From NCBI GenBank assembly GCA_022813865.1, contig JALDZX010000005.1, positions 558,001-622,000 of the forward strand: a DNA stretch of 64,000 nucleotides, in the 5' to 3' direction. Origin of the DNA: Xylographa opegraphella (Eukaryota). The position numbers were made by a program, and so were the translations under genes. Below, piece after piece: positions 38,859 to 52,227 of the stretch (its first letter is position 1; every line of letters begins with the position of its first letter). A model generated the notes under the pieces. It saw only the letters and a program-made list of their open reading frames with translations. It was not told where the DNA came from and ran no database searches.

Positions 38859-39714
38859 TTTACGATACTTTTATGACTTGTGCTTTTTGACGTCTTGACG
38901 GCCTTTTCATTTGTTTTCTTTCTCTCTTTTAATTTGTGAGTTTGGTATAATCGACGAGCTGTTCAACCTGTTGGGTACTTTTTTACATTCGGATCAGACA
39001 TGACGATAGATGAACACTTGGCTCTCGAACTACAACATACAGTGTTTGGAAAAAAGATATCCTTCAAGTGTATGCCATGTGTGAAAGAGCAATCTTCTTC
39101 GCTGGCCGTGTCGTCGGTTGTGCACGCTGCTTCCACACCGGCCTCTCATGCCCTCGAACGCGCCAGTGGCCTTGTGCGCGCACTTCGCTACCTCCTCCCG
39201 TCCTCGCTGTCGGTGTGTCCCCCGTCCCCCTGCATCCGCTTTTCCACCCCCACCAGCACTGCAACCGGGAACAAAAGCTGGCTCGTAGTACCGGAGCACC
39301 GGATACATGTGATCGGGAAGAAATCGACCTCTTGTCTGCGCGTAGGCGGGACAGTCACGCGTCGACGGGGGTGGGTTGGTTTCTACTACGTAGTACGGTG
39401 TACGCTGGCTAGCTGCGGAGAGTGGGATGCGGTTGGGCGGTGGTGGGACCCTCTGCCAACGGTTCAATGGTTCAAGTTCGGGTCTCGCAAGGAGCCGAGA
39501 GGGAGGGGCGTGTTTGTGGGTGGGATTTTTGTTTCTGCTTTTTTTTTATTATCTTTTTTTGGGAAGATTGTATAAGAGTAACGTAACGAAACGGCCATCC
39601 AGGCAATTCTGATATACACCCGCGGTGCCATACCCCCACCACCTCCTCCCCTCCCTCATATCTTCGGTTGCCACCATACACCACCACCCCCTATCTTCCC
39701 CACCCATCCCCCTT

Positions 39715-40229
39715 TCACACCCCCTCACAATGCCGCTTATGGCACGGATTCGGCGGCGGATCCAGCACCTCGACCGTCCCGGCCGGGCACACGAGCGTGG
39801 AGCGCGGGCAAGGCAGCTTGCCGAGCGGGGCGGGCAGGGGCTCGCAGGCGACGAGGCCGCAGGGGTTGGGGGCCAGGCTCGTTCCGGCCGGGCAGGGGGC
39901 GGCGGCGGTGAGGGGGCAGGGGTGGTGGGGAGCTGGTGGGTGTTGGTTGGGTGGGAGGAGGGAGGTATGGGAGCAGGGGGGAGCGTACCTGGAGTGGAGG
40001 ATAGGGACGGCTCGCAGTGGCCTTCGAGCCCGCATGCGTTGGGGGGCGGGCGCGGCACGAATGTGTAGCCTGGGTCGCAGGTGTGGATGAGGGCGGGGCA
40101 TGGGGTGGGTGCTGGTGAGGGGTTAGGGAGAATAAAGGTGGGGGGGGGCGGGGGAGGGTGGCTTGCCTGTGAGAGTGAGGGTGGAGAAGAAGAGGATGGG
40201 TGCTAGGAGGGCGAGGAGGGGGGATTGCA
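39715..40229 (-). CDS. Small secreted Cys/Pro-rich protein with three tandem 4-Cys modules; 1-nt frameshift in exon 1 (assembly error or recent pseudogene)
   Basis: Exons 40229-40167, 40111-39989 and 39932-39715 give MQS(P)LLALLAPILFFSTLTLTAPTPCPALIHTCDPGYTFVPRPPPNACGLEGHCEPSLSSTPAPHHPCPLTAAAPCPAGTSLAPNPCGLVACEPLPAPLGKLPCPRSTLVCPAGTVEVLDPPPNPCHKRHCEGV*. Confidence 0.7.
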
Positions 40230-41663
40230 TTTTGGAATGAGTGGGAGGGTTGTTGGGGACGGGTAGAAGGTGAAGTATGTTTGAAAGGAGGTCACGATTT
40301 GGGAACAGAGATGGTGATGAGAGGGAATGATGGCCTTTTTATACATCTTTCCGGCCCCACATGTTGCTTCCGCTGCTTGCTACGGTAGCTGGTCCGCCGT
40401 GCTGCTTGTGACCGTTCCTGTAGAAAGTGCAGCTGGGACTTTGTACGACTGAACTCTCGTTTGTGTTTCTAGAAGACCCAGACCCGATCGTCGGCTGTAG
40501 AGAAGTGTCTCCGAGAACATCATCGAGGATACCGTTATTGTGGGTATTTAAACAAAGGTCAAGTACCTTTGAAGCCTCGAAAATCTTCATCTGCAGCAAG
40601 CAGAGTAAATGTCCGGATCGAGACCGGAGAGAGGAGAACATCATCAGCTGACTCGGTTCGCACAACGTGCATCATATGTGAGAGTATGGCACAGTGTCTA
40701 AAACCAGGCTTATGACTATTGAGAAATTGCTGAGCGGTTCTCTGCTTAGGGTACCATCAGTCGCATTCTGACATCCGAGAGTATGCACGCTGGAAGTGGC
40801 ATAGGAGAATATCTGACATAAGAGAGGAAGTAACTCTTGCACGTAGCGGTTGAGCTGATAAAACGCTATTATAGATACATTCGTCATTGTGTTTTGTGTG
40901 ATAGCAGCAGCCTTGTATACCACCGAGTATGGCATGGGTACAAGGCAGTACCAGCGCTGGTTACAGCCACAGATCTGTGAGTAATACATACTTTTTCAAG
41001 AAATACAACGAAAGATCAGAATAAGTGAGATCTCCCTGATTGACAAAAAGTAGACCATGATCTTAGTCAGATACAGTGATCTCACTAGATCACGCCGAAG
41101 ATCATAGATGGTCTAGATCAGGTTGTTCATTCCACTTCCCTAGAGCAGATAAGCCTGTCGACGGTTCTTTTGAGCTAAGAGGGGACCTCTTTTCTGTCGT
41201 GAACATGAACAATACAGATTACTCGACAGTGAATGAGTTTCAAATGTGTTAAAGCCTAGCCCTACTTCGGCGTCGGAGGAACCTTGGTCCACAAAAAGGC
41301 CCTGAACAATCGTTACTGCCAAGTATACACAGACCCCTGGCAGATATCTGCTCGCAGATAAATTTAACCCAGGTCTCCTTCCAGTGTACAGCATAGCCTA
41401 GTCAGGTGCTTCTTTCGTTACTGATCATCCCAATCAAGGTTTCTTTTTCAGAAAACAAAATGAACGAGAAACAAGTTTTCCTTGAAAAGCTTGTTTAATC
41501 GTCCAACAGCTTATTTCTCTTTATCTATATCATACCCAAGCCAACAATTTTGACAGTCTAGAGATCTATCAGGAGCTAATGAGAAAAGAAACCTAGATGT
41601 TATGTTGTGCTACATCCAACAAAGCAACATTGGTCGTGAGTAGTATCCAGGAATCCTGCAGCC

Positions 41664-43106
41664 TTAGATAGAGCATTCGTGGTCCAGAAGCCGGGACAAG
41701 TCGACGAAACCATGAGCCAGAGCATCGATGATATCTTCATTGACCACAGATTCCTGCCACGTGATGGCAATCGTCAGCGGCCCATCCTGCACACTGACAC
41801 AATTTATGGCCAACGCAGGTCCAATGGGTTGGGCACCTTGGGTGAAGGTCATATCCTCCAGTACCCAATTCCCAAGTAACGATCCTGAAATCTTCTTCAC
41901 AACACCAAGATTTGACAGTTCCCAACTTACCTCTCGCGGTTTGCCAATCTTTTTCTGATAGTACTTAACATGATCAGAGACATAAGGTAAGAGACCTACT
42001 AGATTGTCACGTGGACATCTGGCAAGTTCATCCTGCATCTGGGCGTGGAAGTAGCTAGCTGTACTCCAGAGACTCTCGACACGTCCCATTTCGTTCGAAA
42101 CGTTCCTGATGTTATCGAGAAGGTATTTTGGATAGCTTGTTTCAAAACCAGAGGTTTGGTTAACCATGTCGTTCATAGAGGTTCCGGTCACCCGCCGAAG
42201 CGTATATGCAGTCAGGCCAAGGAACCTTGGTGCTTCCGGCAATGCCTTTGCAAGTATAGACACAATTGCCGCCGTGAGTAAAGAGGTCAATGTCACGTTA
42301 TGTTTCCTGCTCTCTCTGAGAAGGCTTTCCACTCCATCTGCTCGTATAGTGACAAGTCGAATCCGAGAGCGAAACGGACACTCGTCGAGTGTCTGTACTG
42401 GCAAACCCGCCCAGAGAGGTAATGGGGCGCCAATGAGCCATCGAGGCCCATATTCTTGGACTACTTGTTTGATCAAAAACGGCCAGCTGAGGGGTAGGGG
42501 CGTCAGCCTCTCAATGGGTTCGATCAGGTTGAAAGAAAGCGGTGTATCAACCGCTATGGGTGGTTTTTGTAGCTTTTGACCATTCTGCTCGATGTTCCCG
42601 AGTTCCCGAACTAACGACGTATGAAATGCAGCGCCACTTAGACCATCTCCGATCACATGGTGATAGACGAAAGCGACATGCAAAGTAGAGCCACTTCTGG
42701 TGTCATCAGCACTTCGTGGCTCTCTCATAACAACCAACTTCCATAGTGGCTTTCTGTCTACAGACCATGGCTGGTCGTGGAGAATCTGTAACTTTTGTGC
42801 TAAGCTTTCGCCCTCCGTAAGCTGTAATACATGGAGAACGTCCTTGACTTCGATCGTGCTCAGCCGCCTGAATTTCGGCTCGAGCGTGTGCTCGCCTTCG
42901 TAATAGCAGTTCAGAGATGGGTGCTGATGAAGCAGCCCGGATACTGTTGCGCAGAAAATAGAGTAAAGAGAGGCATATCCAAGTTGCCGTGGAACAGTAT
43001 AGGTAGCGGTGGTTATCACTGAGTTGTAGATGCCCAAGACCTGTCTAGCAGTGTAAAGCTTCTCAAACATGCCTACGGGACGCAGCACATCGCTCTCCGC
43101 AGCCAT
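41664..43106 (-). CDS. Alcohol acetyltransferase (AATase/Atf-like, CoA-dependent acyltransferase), intronless
   Basis: LRPVGMFEK N-terminus, PLWKLVV, catalytic HxxxD (YHHVIGDGLSG), C-terminal WELSNLG. Confidence 0.88.
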   Translation of the reverse strand: MAAESDVLRPVGMFEKLYTARQVLGIYNSVITTATYTVPRQLGYASLYSIFCATVSGLLHQHPSLNCYYEGEHTLEPKFRRLSTIEVKDVLHVLQLTEGESLAQKLQILHDQPWSVDRKPLWKLVVMREPRSADDTRSGSTLHVAFVYHHVIGDGLSGAAFHTSLVRELGNIEQNGQKLQKPPIAVDTPLSFNLIEPIERLTPLPLSWPFLIKQVVQEYGPRWLIGAPLPLWAGLPVQTLDECPFRSRIRLVTIRADGVESLLRESRKHNVTLTSLLTAAIVSILAKALPEAPRFLGLTAYTLRRVTGTSMNDMVNQTSGFETSYPKYLLDNIRNVSNEMGRVESLWSTASYFHAQMQDELARCPRDNLVGLLPYVSDHVKYYQKKIGKPREVSWELSNLGVVKKISGSLLGNWVLEDMTFTQGAQPIGPALAINCVSVQDGPLTIAITWQESVVNEDIIDALAHGFVDLSRLLDHECSI

Positions 43107-43784
43107 CGCGGTCGCCAATTTGGATTGCTAAGAATTTCAAAGAAGGCAGATGGGAAGCAGAATGATTCAGCAAATGAAACGACGGATGGAGTTTGAGAGC
43201 TTCATATTAATCGGCGCGCAGAGGAGAGGTCACGGCACTGGAGATGCCGGAATATCTGGAAAATCGCTCTTACAAAATTCCGTAGGATCTTAAGAAAGGT
43301 AATCATTATCCCTATTCCTTTTCACTGCTCAACGCCGCAATAATAAGCGAATTCCGTTTCTAGCGTAGGATTATATGGAACAAGACTGCGGCACAGAGCA
43401 GTGAGAATAAGCAAGAAGTAAATTAAGGTAAGGGATTAGTGCCAACGCCTTCGCATAGACTCTTTCATCTATCTATTATGTCTGAATCTTGTACGGTTCA
43501 TCAAAAGCTCTAGACAGAAGGCTGAACGAGAAATATGCAGTAAAATCACTGTTGGAAACTTTCGGAAGCTCGAAAGGATCTCAAAAGAGAGCGAAAAAGT
43601 CCTTAAGAATTCAATCATACGCGAGTTTTGCAACTCCATTTCATGGTGACTTATACTAACTCAAGTTAAAACGGCAGTAGCTCAGATTAGCGAGCGTAGA
43701 TGGATTTAAAAAGACGAAAATATTATGTTCAACTGTATAGGTCACATGCTCCTCGATCACATCTCCTTGACCTTAACCTCCATC

Positions 43785-45284
<1,500 letters not shown>

Positions 45285-46429
45285 GGTGATTATGTTTTGC
45301 AGTACGATGGTTATCGTGGCAAGAAAAGAAGAATAAAAAACAAGAATGGATCCAAGCTGAGAAAAACAGAACCACTAACGATGAAGTATGTGTTATAAAT
45401 GCTAGTGGGTCAAAAATAATTGAAACGGATGATATCGGCAATTCGAAGAAATTTGACGTCGGTAAACAATGGCGTCATCCGGAGGGTTTGTAAGCCCTAA
45501 TCGGTCCAAAAACTTCCGATAAGCAATTTCACTCTAAATAAAGACTCAAGCTCAGGCATAAGATTCCTTATTCAACTGAAACTACGGACCGCAGGTCGAG
45601 AGCACAGTTGGCAAACAGAGGACTCTGGAGGGTCTCATTGCACGAGGTACTGATAGTATGCCAAAAGGTACGGAGGTACAGTGTCGTCCTGGCGACTAGG
45701 CCATATTGCCATGAGGATTCTGTGGATATGCAATTGAGACTTTACAAGCACCAGAAGATATTGTTTTCCGTAGCGAAATAAATATTAACATAGATAGACT
45801 GCCGACCTCTTTTCTCCCTTGTGATTCTTCATAGTCCTCGTATTACATACATCTGAACTCATACTCCCTGGAATACCTATTCCGTTGACAATTTCGTCCA
45901 CATATGATCAAAGCTTGAACCGAGCAGGAACGCTTCCTAAGTAAGTGTTCTCTGTGGTTCCGTACGTGAGTATGCTCAGAGTATAATTCTCTAAACCAAG
46001 GGGGAAGCAGGTGGCGGACAGCGAGATAACTCTGAGACCATACACGAGAGACTCGCTATTACTATCTAGCCACGCGCATGTAGTTTGGTGAGAGGTGGAC
46101 TGCTTGATCATTGGTAAGGTATTGTGTGCCCTTTGGTGTGGCGCAGGTACTCCGTGGCACGAATAGTAGCTTCGGAACGGAACAGTATTCAGCCGAGATA
46201 TGCTCGCACCCCTGATCGCTGCACGTCACTGGGTCACGCCTGAAAGGTCGAAGCACGGCCTGCTGAACTATGCGGCATCCTAGAACATCAAAATGCTACT
46301 TCGTACATCGCCATTAGCTTTATCTGTAAGAATATCAAACGAAGGCGGAATCGACCACCAACTACTCTGATGGACGGTCCACAGCTTTACTGCGGATCTT
46401 TCGATTGACTGGCATGAAATACTTCAAGC

Positions 46430-49400
46430 ATGTCTTCACGGGACGAGTCAGATGTCCCCGAAGTGCCATCACATGCCTTGCATGATCTCCTAGCCGATTT
46501 AAACACCACTTCGTCTTCGACCCCTTTGGCTTCAACGCAAACAGCATCATGGTCGTTTCCCTCGCTGACCTCCAGGAACTCTCCCTCACCACACGGCTCT
46601 GGACCCGCCGGCGTCCTTCCCAGACGTACTTCCTCGCGTGAGCACACAACCTCGGCAACAGCTCTCGACCTTGCCAGCCCAGTCTCATCTGGCCATACGC
46701 CGCAAACACTGTTCAATACTCCTACACGGTCGATACTTTCTTCAGGGCCTCCAACCTCATCCGTCTCCGCCAGTACCGCTCAAGCGTCTATGAGTGCACC
46801 ATTACCCAGCAACTCTCCTCATTCCTTGGCAAGTCTAACGTCACCCCACTCGACTACCTCGAGGAGGCCGGCTCTCTATCATCCTGATACCCAATCCTCC
46901 GCCTCCCGGAAGATACGTTTGTCGAGGGCAGAAAAGGATGTAGATGATCCTTCGATTCCGATGGAAGACCCTCGGATTACAGAAAGAGGTATTCATACAC
47001 CGACGACCCTGAACAGACTCTTTACTACCCCCGAACTGCCTTCTCCATCATTGTCCAGGCATGCTTCTTATGTCCGCGCTTCCATTGGGGTCAACTATAC
47101 AAGAGGTAAGTCTGAAATGGCTTGAGCTGGTAGTATCTAATTTCGTATCCTAGCCTCATCCGAGACTGCACCGCTACCAGATCATCTGTACACCCGTGGT
47201 CTTCTTAGTGGGAAACACTCTGATATCACGATCCATGCGTTCGGCACAAGATATCCATTGCACCGCCTTCTTCTCGATCGATCTCCCTTTTTCTCTACCG
47301 CGCTGTCAGAACCATGGTTCGAAAGCTCGGCGAAGGAGATTACTCTTCATCCGGAGGATATTGATGCCAATATCACACAATCCGCCTTCGAAATAGCACT
47401 AAAACATATTTATGGCTGCTCTTATGCGGAGGAGGAGGAAAAGGAAGCGGTTGGCCTTTTTGCCACAGCAAACTGGTTGGAGATGGCAGACCTCATGGAG
47501 TCGAGCATTATGTCCTTGCTCAGACAGATGAATCCGGCAAAGCTTGCGCCAATGATACGACTGGTTACTAGCAACTACTATGGTAAAGCAGGTGATCGTG
47601 TTCTTGGATCTGCCAAAGCTATGCTTTGTCGTGAGGGATGGGAGATGCCTCTTCGGTTTTGGGACGGTATATCTGGAGATATTGTGCGTGAGATTGTTGG
47701 TGGTGACGGCTTCTACGTACCTGGAGAATGGGAGCGATGGGTCCTCGCTAAGCGGATCCTTGACCGTAGACTGAGGTCAAGAGCAATTGAAGCTGGGTTG
47801 GTGGATTCGAATCGTCAAATCATTCGAGCGCCACCTACATCAATGAACTTTCTTGCTATAAGATTCGACACGGTGTATCGAAAGGCATCGGCCTCCGGAG
47901 GTCGCGGATTACCAGAAGCTCATGATCCGTGGCTCGCTCTATACACCTGTCCCGATATTGCTGCTCTGCTCGTCTTGCTTGATGAAGGCATTCATTACGT
48001 CCACCTGAGCTTCGAACATCTACAAAGGATACGCGAGCAACGCGATGCTTTAGGTTTACCGTTAATGCCTGAAAAGGTTATTTCAAATGCGCTATGGATG
48101 TCTATGGAGCTACGGCAGAAGATCGTCAACGCCAAAGAGTCGGAGATGGAAGACCTTGGCTTGAGCCAGCCAGCAGAGGAAGAATCAATCGAGATCCCCG
48201 TGCAGGCTGATGGACCCGTGCACACTCTCGATCCCAACAACACTAGCAACGTTGTATCCAGAAGAGCTGCCGGCAAGCAACCCCAGTCGCTTAGTGGTGA
48301 CAACGAAGACGAAGAGATGGAATCTGGTAGCTGGGATGGCAACGGGAAACCACGAAAGTTCTGGATACCACATATGGATGCGACTTATCCAATGGGTGGC
48401 AATGCCGACGCCATTCTTGCTGCAAATGGTTGCCGCCCGTCCAGCGCTGCAGCGAATCGTCACATATCACGTTTATCTACGTCACTTGATCCACAGGACC
48501 TACAGTGGGCTGCAGATTTTGCTTCAACAGCACAAGAACGACCACAAACACCACATCGGTCGGTGGCAACAGAACCAAGTCCGCCAGTGTCCTATACCCT
48601 CTATCCGCCATTTCGCTTCTCGGCTGAATTTCCAAACCCAAGATCACTCAAAGAAAAGAAGCGTGTTTACTCATCCACTGTCTGGTACGCTGGGAGTTTA
48701 TGGAATGTCTACGTGCAGAAGATTGAAACATCGAAGAACACCCAATTGGGTGTTTATCTGCACCGTGAAAGGCACAGGGAGGGCTCAGAAGATTATATCG
48801 CCAATATGCTACACAACTCCGTTGATGAGCGAATCGGCCATCTCGAGAGAGAAATGCTTATGCGTAGAAGCACCGCAAGGAACAGACAGCAGCAGAACAA
48901 CACCAGAAGCTATGCCGAGGAGGAGACTTCTGGATCAGGTGGAGATCCTGATGCCACCCTCGTAGCGGGAACCACTGCAGACGGTGACTTACGACGCCAA
49001 TCCACAGCTCTGAGCGGACTTCTTAGGAGCCATGGCCAGGGGATAATGAAAGCGTCAGAAACACCAGCTACCTTAACTCTTTCATCGCTGCCGGACCGGC
49101 AGTTTGGCGCCGACACCGACACTGACGACGATGCCACCGATCTAACACGTCCAGGCAAAAAGTTCAAGGTTCCAACTCTTCCTCCATATGTAGACGCAAG
49201 ACCTACAATCAAAACTTACTTTAAGATCTACACGCCCAGTAAGGGTGGACGCATGCTGAGCGTGTACGAGAGCGCACCGGACCAATTTAATTTTAGCCAG
49301 AGCTGGGGCTGGAAAAGCAGTAACATGGTGCTTGACGACGGGATCGTAGGACACGAGGAGGGCTCGCGAAGTAAAGACGGGCGACTGCGCTTTATGATCG

Positions 49401-49470
49401 TTATTGGTACGTGCCACGATCGGTTGTCTGATACATTTGAGACTGACATCTGATACCAGGGAACGTGTGA
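46430..49470 (+). CDS. BTB/POZ-domain protein with a C-terminal MATH/TRAF-like region, 3 exons
   Basis: LPDHLYTRGLLSGKHSDITIHAFGTRYPLHRLLLDRSPFF (BTB); PPFRFSAEF...WYAGSLWNVYVQK; FNFSQSWGWKS; introns ~47107-47153 and 49407-49459. Confidence 0.85.
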
Positions 49471-51076
49471 TGAGTGACGATAATCTCTTTATCCTTCTTC
49501 GTGCACCTTTTGGTGAAATATGGATCGTAGGACCTTTCTTTGGGTAAGGTCTGAGGGTTGAATACAAAGTACCTGGGCACACCACCCGTATGCTATAGAG
49601 ATACTAAAGCTTTATTCTTTACGGACACTATCATAAATTATGGAACTTCAATCAATGAAAACTATAGTGGCTTCATGAACACAAATGCTCCTATAAGTTC
49701 CGAGAATGCAACCCCAATCTACCACATCATGACTTTCTTCAGGAAGGCGCGGTAGCGATCCAGGGAAACCAATTTGCTTCATACGGCATCGTCCACAGTT
49801 GATAAAATAAACGACCCAGAGGTATAGAATACTTCATGGGGTTAATTTTCAGTCCGGTCCCCCCCTTACGGTAGCTAATATTTCTTGTTGCTTCAGATTG
49901 CCCAGCGATTCTGAAGAATATAACGGGACACTGTACCGGGAACGAATTCCACGATCTCGAATAACGCTCGTCATTGCGGTTTTCCTAGAATGATACGACC
50001 GCTCTCGCGAATCTGCCTCCGAAGTGAAGCTTCATAAATCTCAGGCTGTGCAGGGCATGACCCAAGACGAGAGAGTATCCAACCTGGCACCTCGAGAGCA
50101 GTGATGGCGGGCTGGAAGACGTACCCGATCTCAAGGTTTGGAAGCCTAGCAGCTAGAAACTTGAAGCTCTCCATCACTCCTGCTATAGGGTTCGAATCCC
50201 GTTTCCTGCTTACTCAATTTGGATTTCATTGAGCAGCAGCAGCAGCAGGGTCCGTAGTCAGCAAGGATATCTCTCACAAAGTCGTATCAACGCTCTCAAC
50301 TCCGTACATCCTGCTGGGAGAGAGAAAAAAAACATTGCGCACGGATTCTTTGCAGGGATAGGACAGAAAGCAAAAGGTTGCGCAAATACAGCGGCAGAGG
50401 CGGAAGTGGAGAATGGATAGCGCCATCGTGTGGACGTCATTTGCTTTCTTTTACTACTTATTGCGTTGTAATTATCGGCCATCGTAAGTAGCGCAGCCTA
50501 GGTATGCGAGGAACGATGAGCTCTGCCCGACCTCGAGGAGTCGCCGAAGGGGAACGATGTTTGGTGGAGTTGCGGACATTTTCTAGTATGTAAGTTACGT
50601 ACAATACCTAGCCGAGCGAGTCCAAGCTTGCTAGACACAAGTGCAGAATAGAGACTAGACGATCCAATCAATTTGGTTACATTCAACGAAGCCTGCTGGA
50701 CGGTTACGGCGAGGGTTGCGATTGGTTGGTTGAAAATTGGTTGGTTCGACGAAGGACTTCCTCGCCAGCTTGAACTCCGCCATATTCCTATGCTGCAAGC
50801 GAGCCGCTGATCTTCCAGATCCTCTGCCATGTTTTACATGGCCATGGCGTATCATCTTCACTTTTCCAGCCGCGGCGTTAGCCTTTTGTCTTGCCGCGAC
50901 TCTGTTGCTTGCCGTGAGATTTGACGGCGAATTCCATTTCTACACGTAGTGTCAATAGCATTTGAGCTACATTCTTTGGTAGACTTTAGTTACTTCTGTT
51001 GTCTCCTTCAATTGCATTGAGTTAACGCGCTCTCTAGAGCCAAGCATCTGTATATACCGCGCTTGTGATAACTACA

Positions 51077-52000
51077 ATGTTCCTTGAACTGCCCATATAC
51101 TATCTCGGCCTGCTCACAGCCATCCACCTCCTCAACCGCATCGCCAGCTTCCTCTACATCTACCTCCGCCGCTCCTCCCTCCATACATACCGGCACGGAC
51201 CCGCCTCCTGGGCACTCATCACCGGCGCGAGCGACGGCCTCGGCCTCGGCTTCGCCCACACCCTCTGCGCCCAAGGCTTCAACGTCATTCTCCTCGGGCA
51301 CAAGCGCCACGAGCTCGAAGAGGCGCAGAGCACCCTACAGCGCGACTCCCCACTGGCCCAAGTCCGCATCCTAGTCGTGGACGCCATCATCGCCGACGCC
51401 GCCGCGTTGGAAGACGCGCTCGCCGCAGTGCGCGATCTGCACATCACCATCCTGATCAACAACGTCGGCGGCCTGCCCGGCATGGCATCGTCCTTCAAGC
51501 CCCTCGCCGCGTACTCGGCCGCCGACGTCGACGGCACCATCTACCTGAACAACCGCTTCATGGCGCGCCTCACGCGCCTGCTGCTGCCCACACTGGCCCG
51601 CGCCGGCCCCGCGCTCATCGTGAACCTCAGTTCCGGCGGGCGCATTGGGCTGCCGTACCAGGTCATGTACGCCGCCAGCAAAGCCTTCGTCGCCGCCTTC
51701 AGCGCCGGCCTGGCCCGCGAGATGAGGACGCTCGGCGCGCCGCTCGAGGTCTTGGCCATCACGCCGGGGAACGTGAGGACGGGCAGCCACAGACCGCCAC
51801 TCGCGTGGGGCACGCCCGACGCGCGCACGTTCGCGGAAGCGGCGCTGGGCTGCGTGGGCTGTGGGCGGTTGGTCGTGGCTGGCTATTGGAGGCACGCGGT
51901 ACAGGTCTTTCTGCTGGAGTCGATGCCGGAGGGCTTGAGGCAGAGGGTGTTGGCGACGGAGATGACGCTGAAGAAGAAGACGCTGGACAAAGTCGCGTAG
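51077..52000 (+). CDS. Short-chain dehydrogenase/reductase (17-beta-HSD / 3-ketoacyl-CoA reductase-like), intronless
   Basis: N-terminal membrane anchor, WALITGASDGLG, LINNVG, NLSS and catalytic YAASK. Confidence 0.9.
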   Translation: MFLELPIYYLGLLTAIHLLNRIASFLYIYLRRSSLHTYRHGPASWALITGASDGLGLGFAHTLCAQGFNVILLGHKRHELEEAQSTLQRDSPLAQVRILVVDAIIADAAALEDALAAVRDLHITILINNVGGLPGMASSFKPLAAYSAADVDGTIYLNNRFMARLTRLLLPTLARAGPALIVNLSSGGRIGLPYQVMYAASKAFVAAFSAGLAREMRTLGAPLEVLAITPGNVRTGSHRPPLAWGTPDARTFAEAALGCVGCGRLVVAGYWRHAVQVFLLESMPEGLRQRVLATEMTLKKKTLDKVA

Positions 52001-52227
52001 GGTGGGGGGGTTATGAGAATTATGCGCCAAGAAATTCGTGGCTGTCGGCTGGTGTAGATAAGGGTTTATCTATGTAGAAACAGAGTGGCTCTGTTGCTCA
52101 AAAGTCAAAGGACCTATTGATAACGAAATATGCTATACGTAAGAATACTTGACGACGGAGAAGTCGCCCAACCAGAATGGGTTCTCGGAGTTGCTACTGT
52201 GATAAAACCCTGCCTCACAATCACGCT

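Noticed and set aside
39000..39575. Overlapping 114-191 aa ORFs downstream of the DUF3824-like gene
   Set aside because: No signal peptide, motif or splice support; the region looks like convergent 3' UTR/intergenic sequence.
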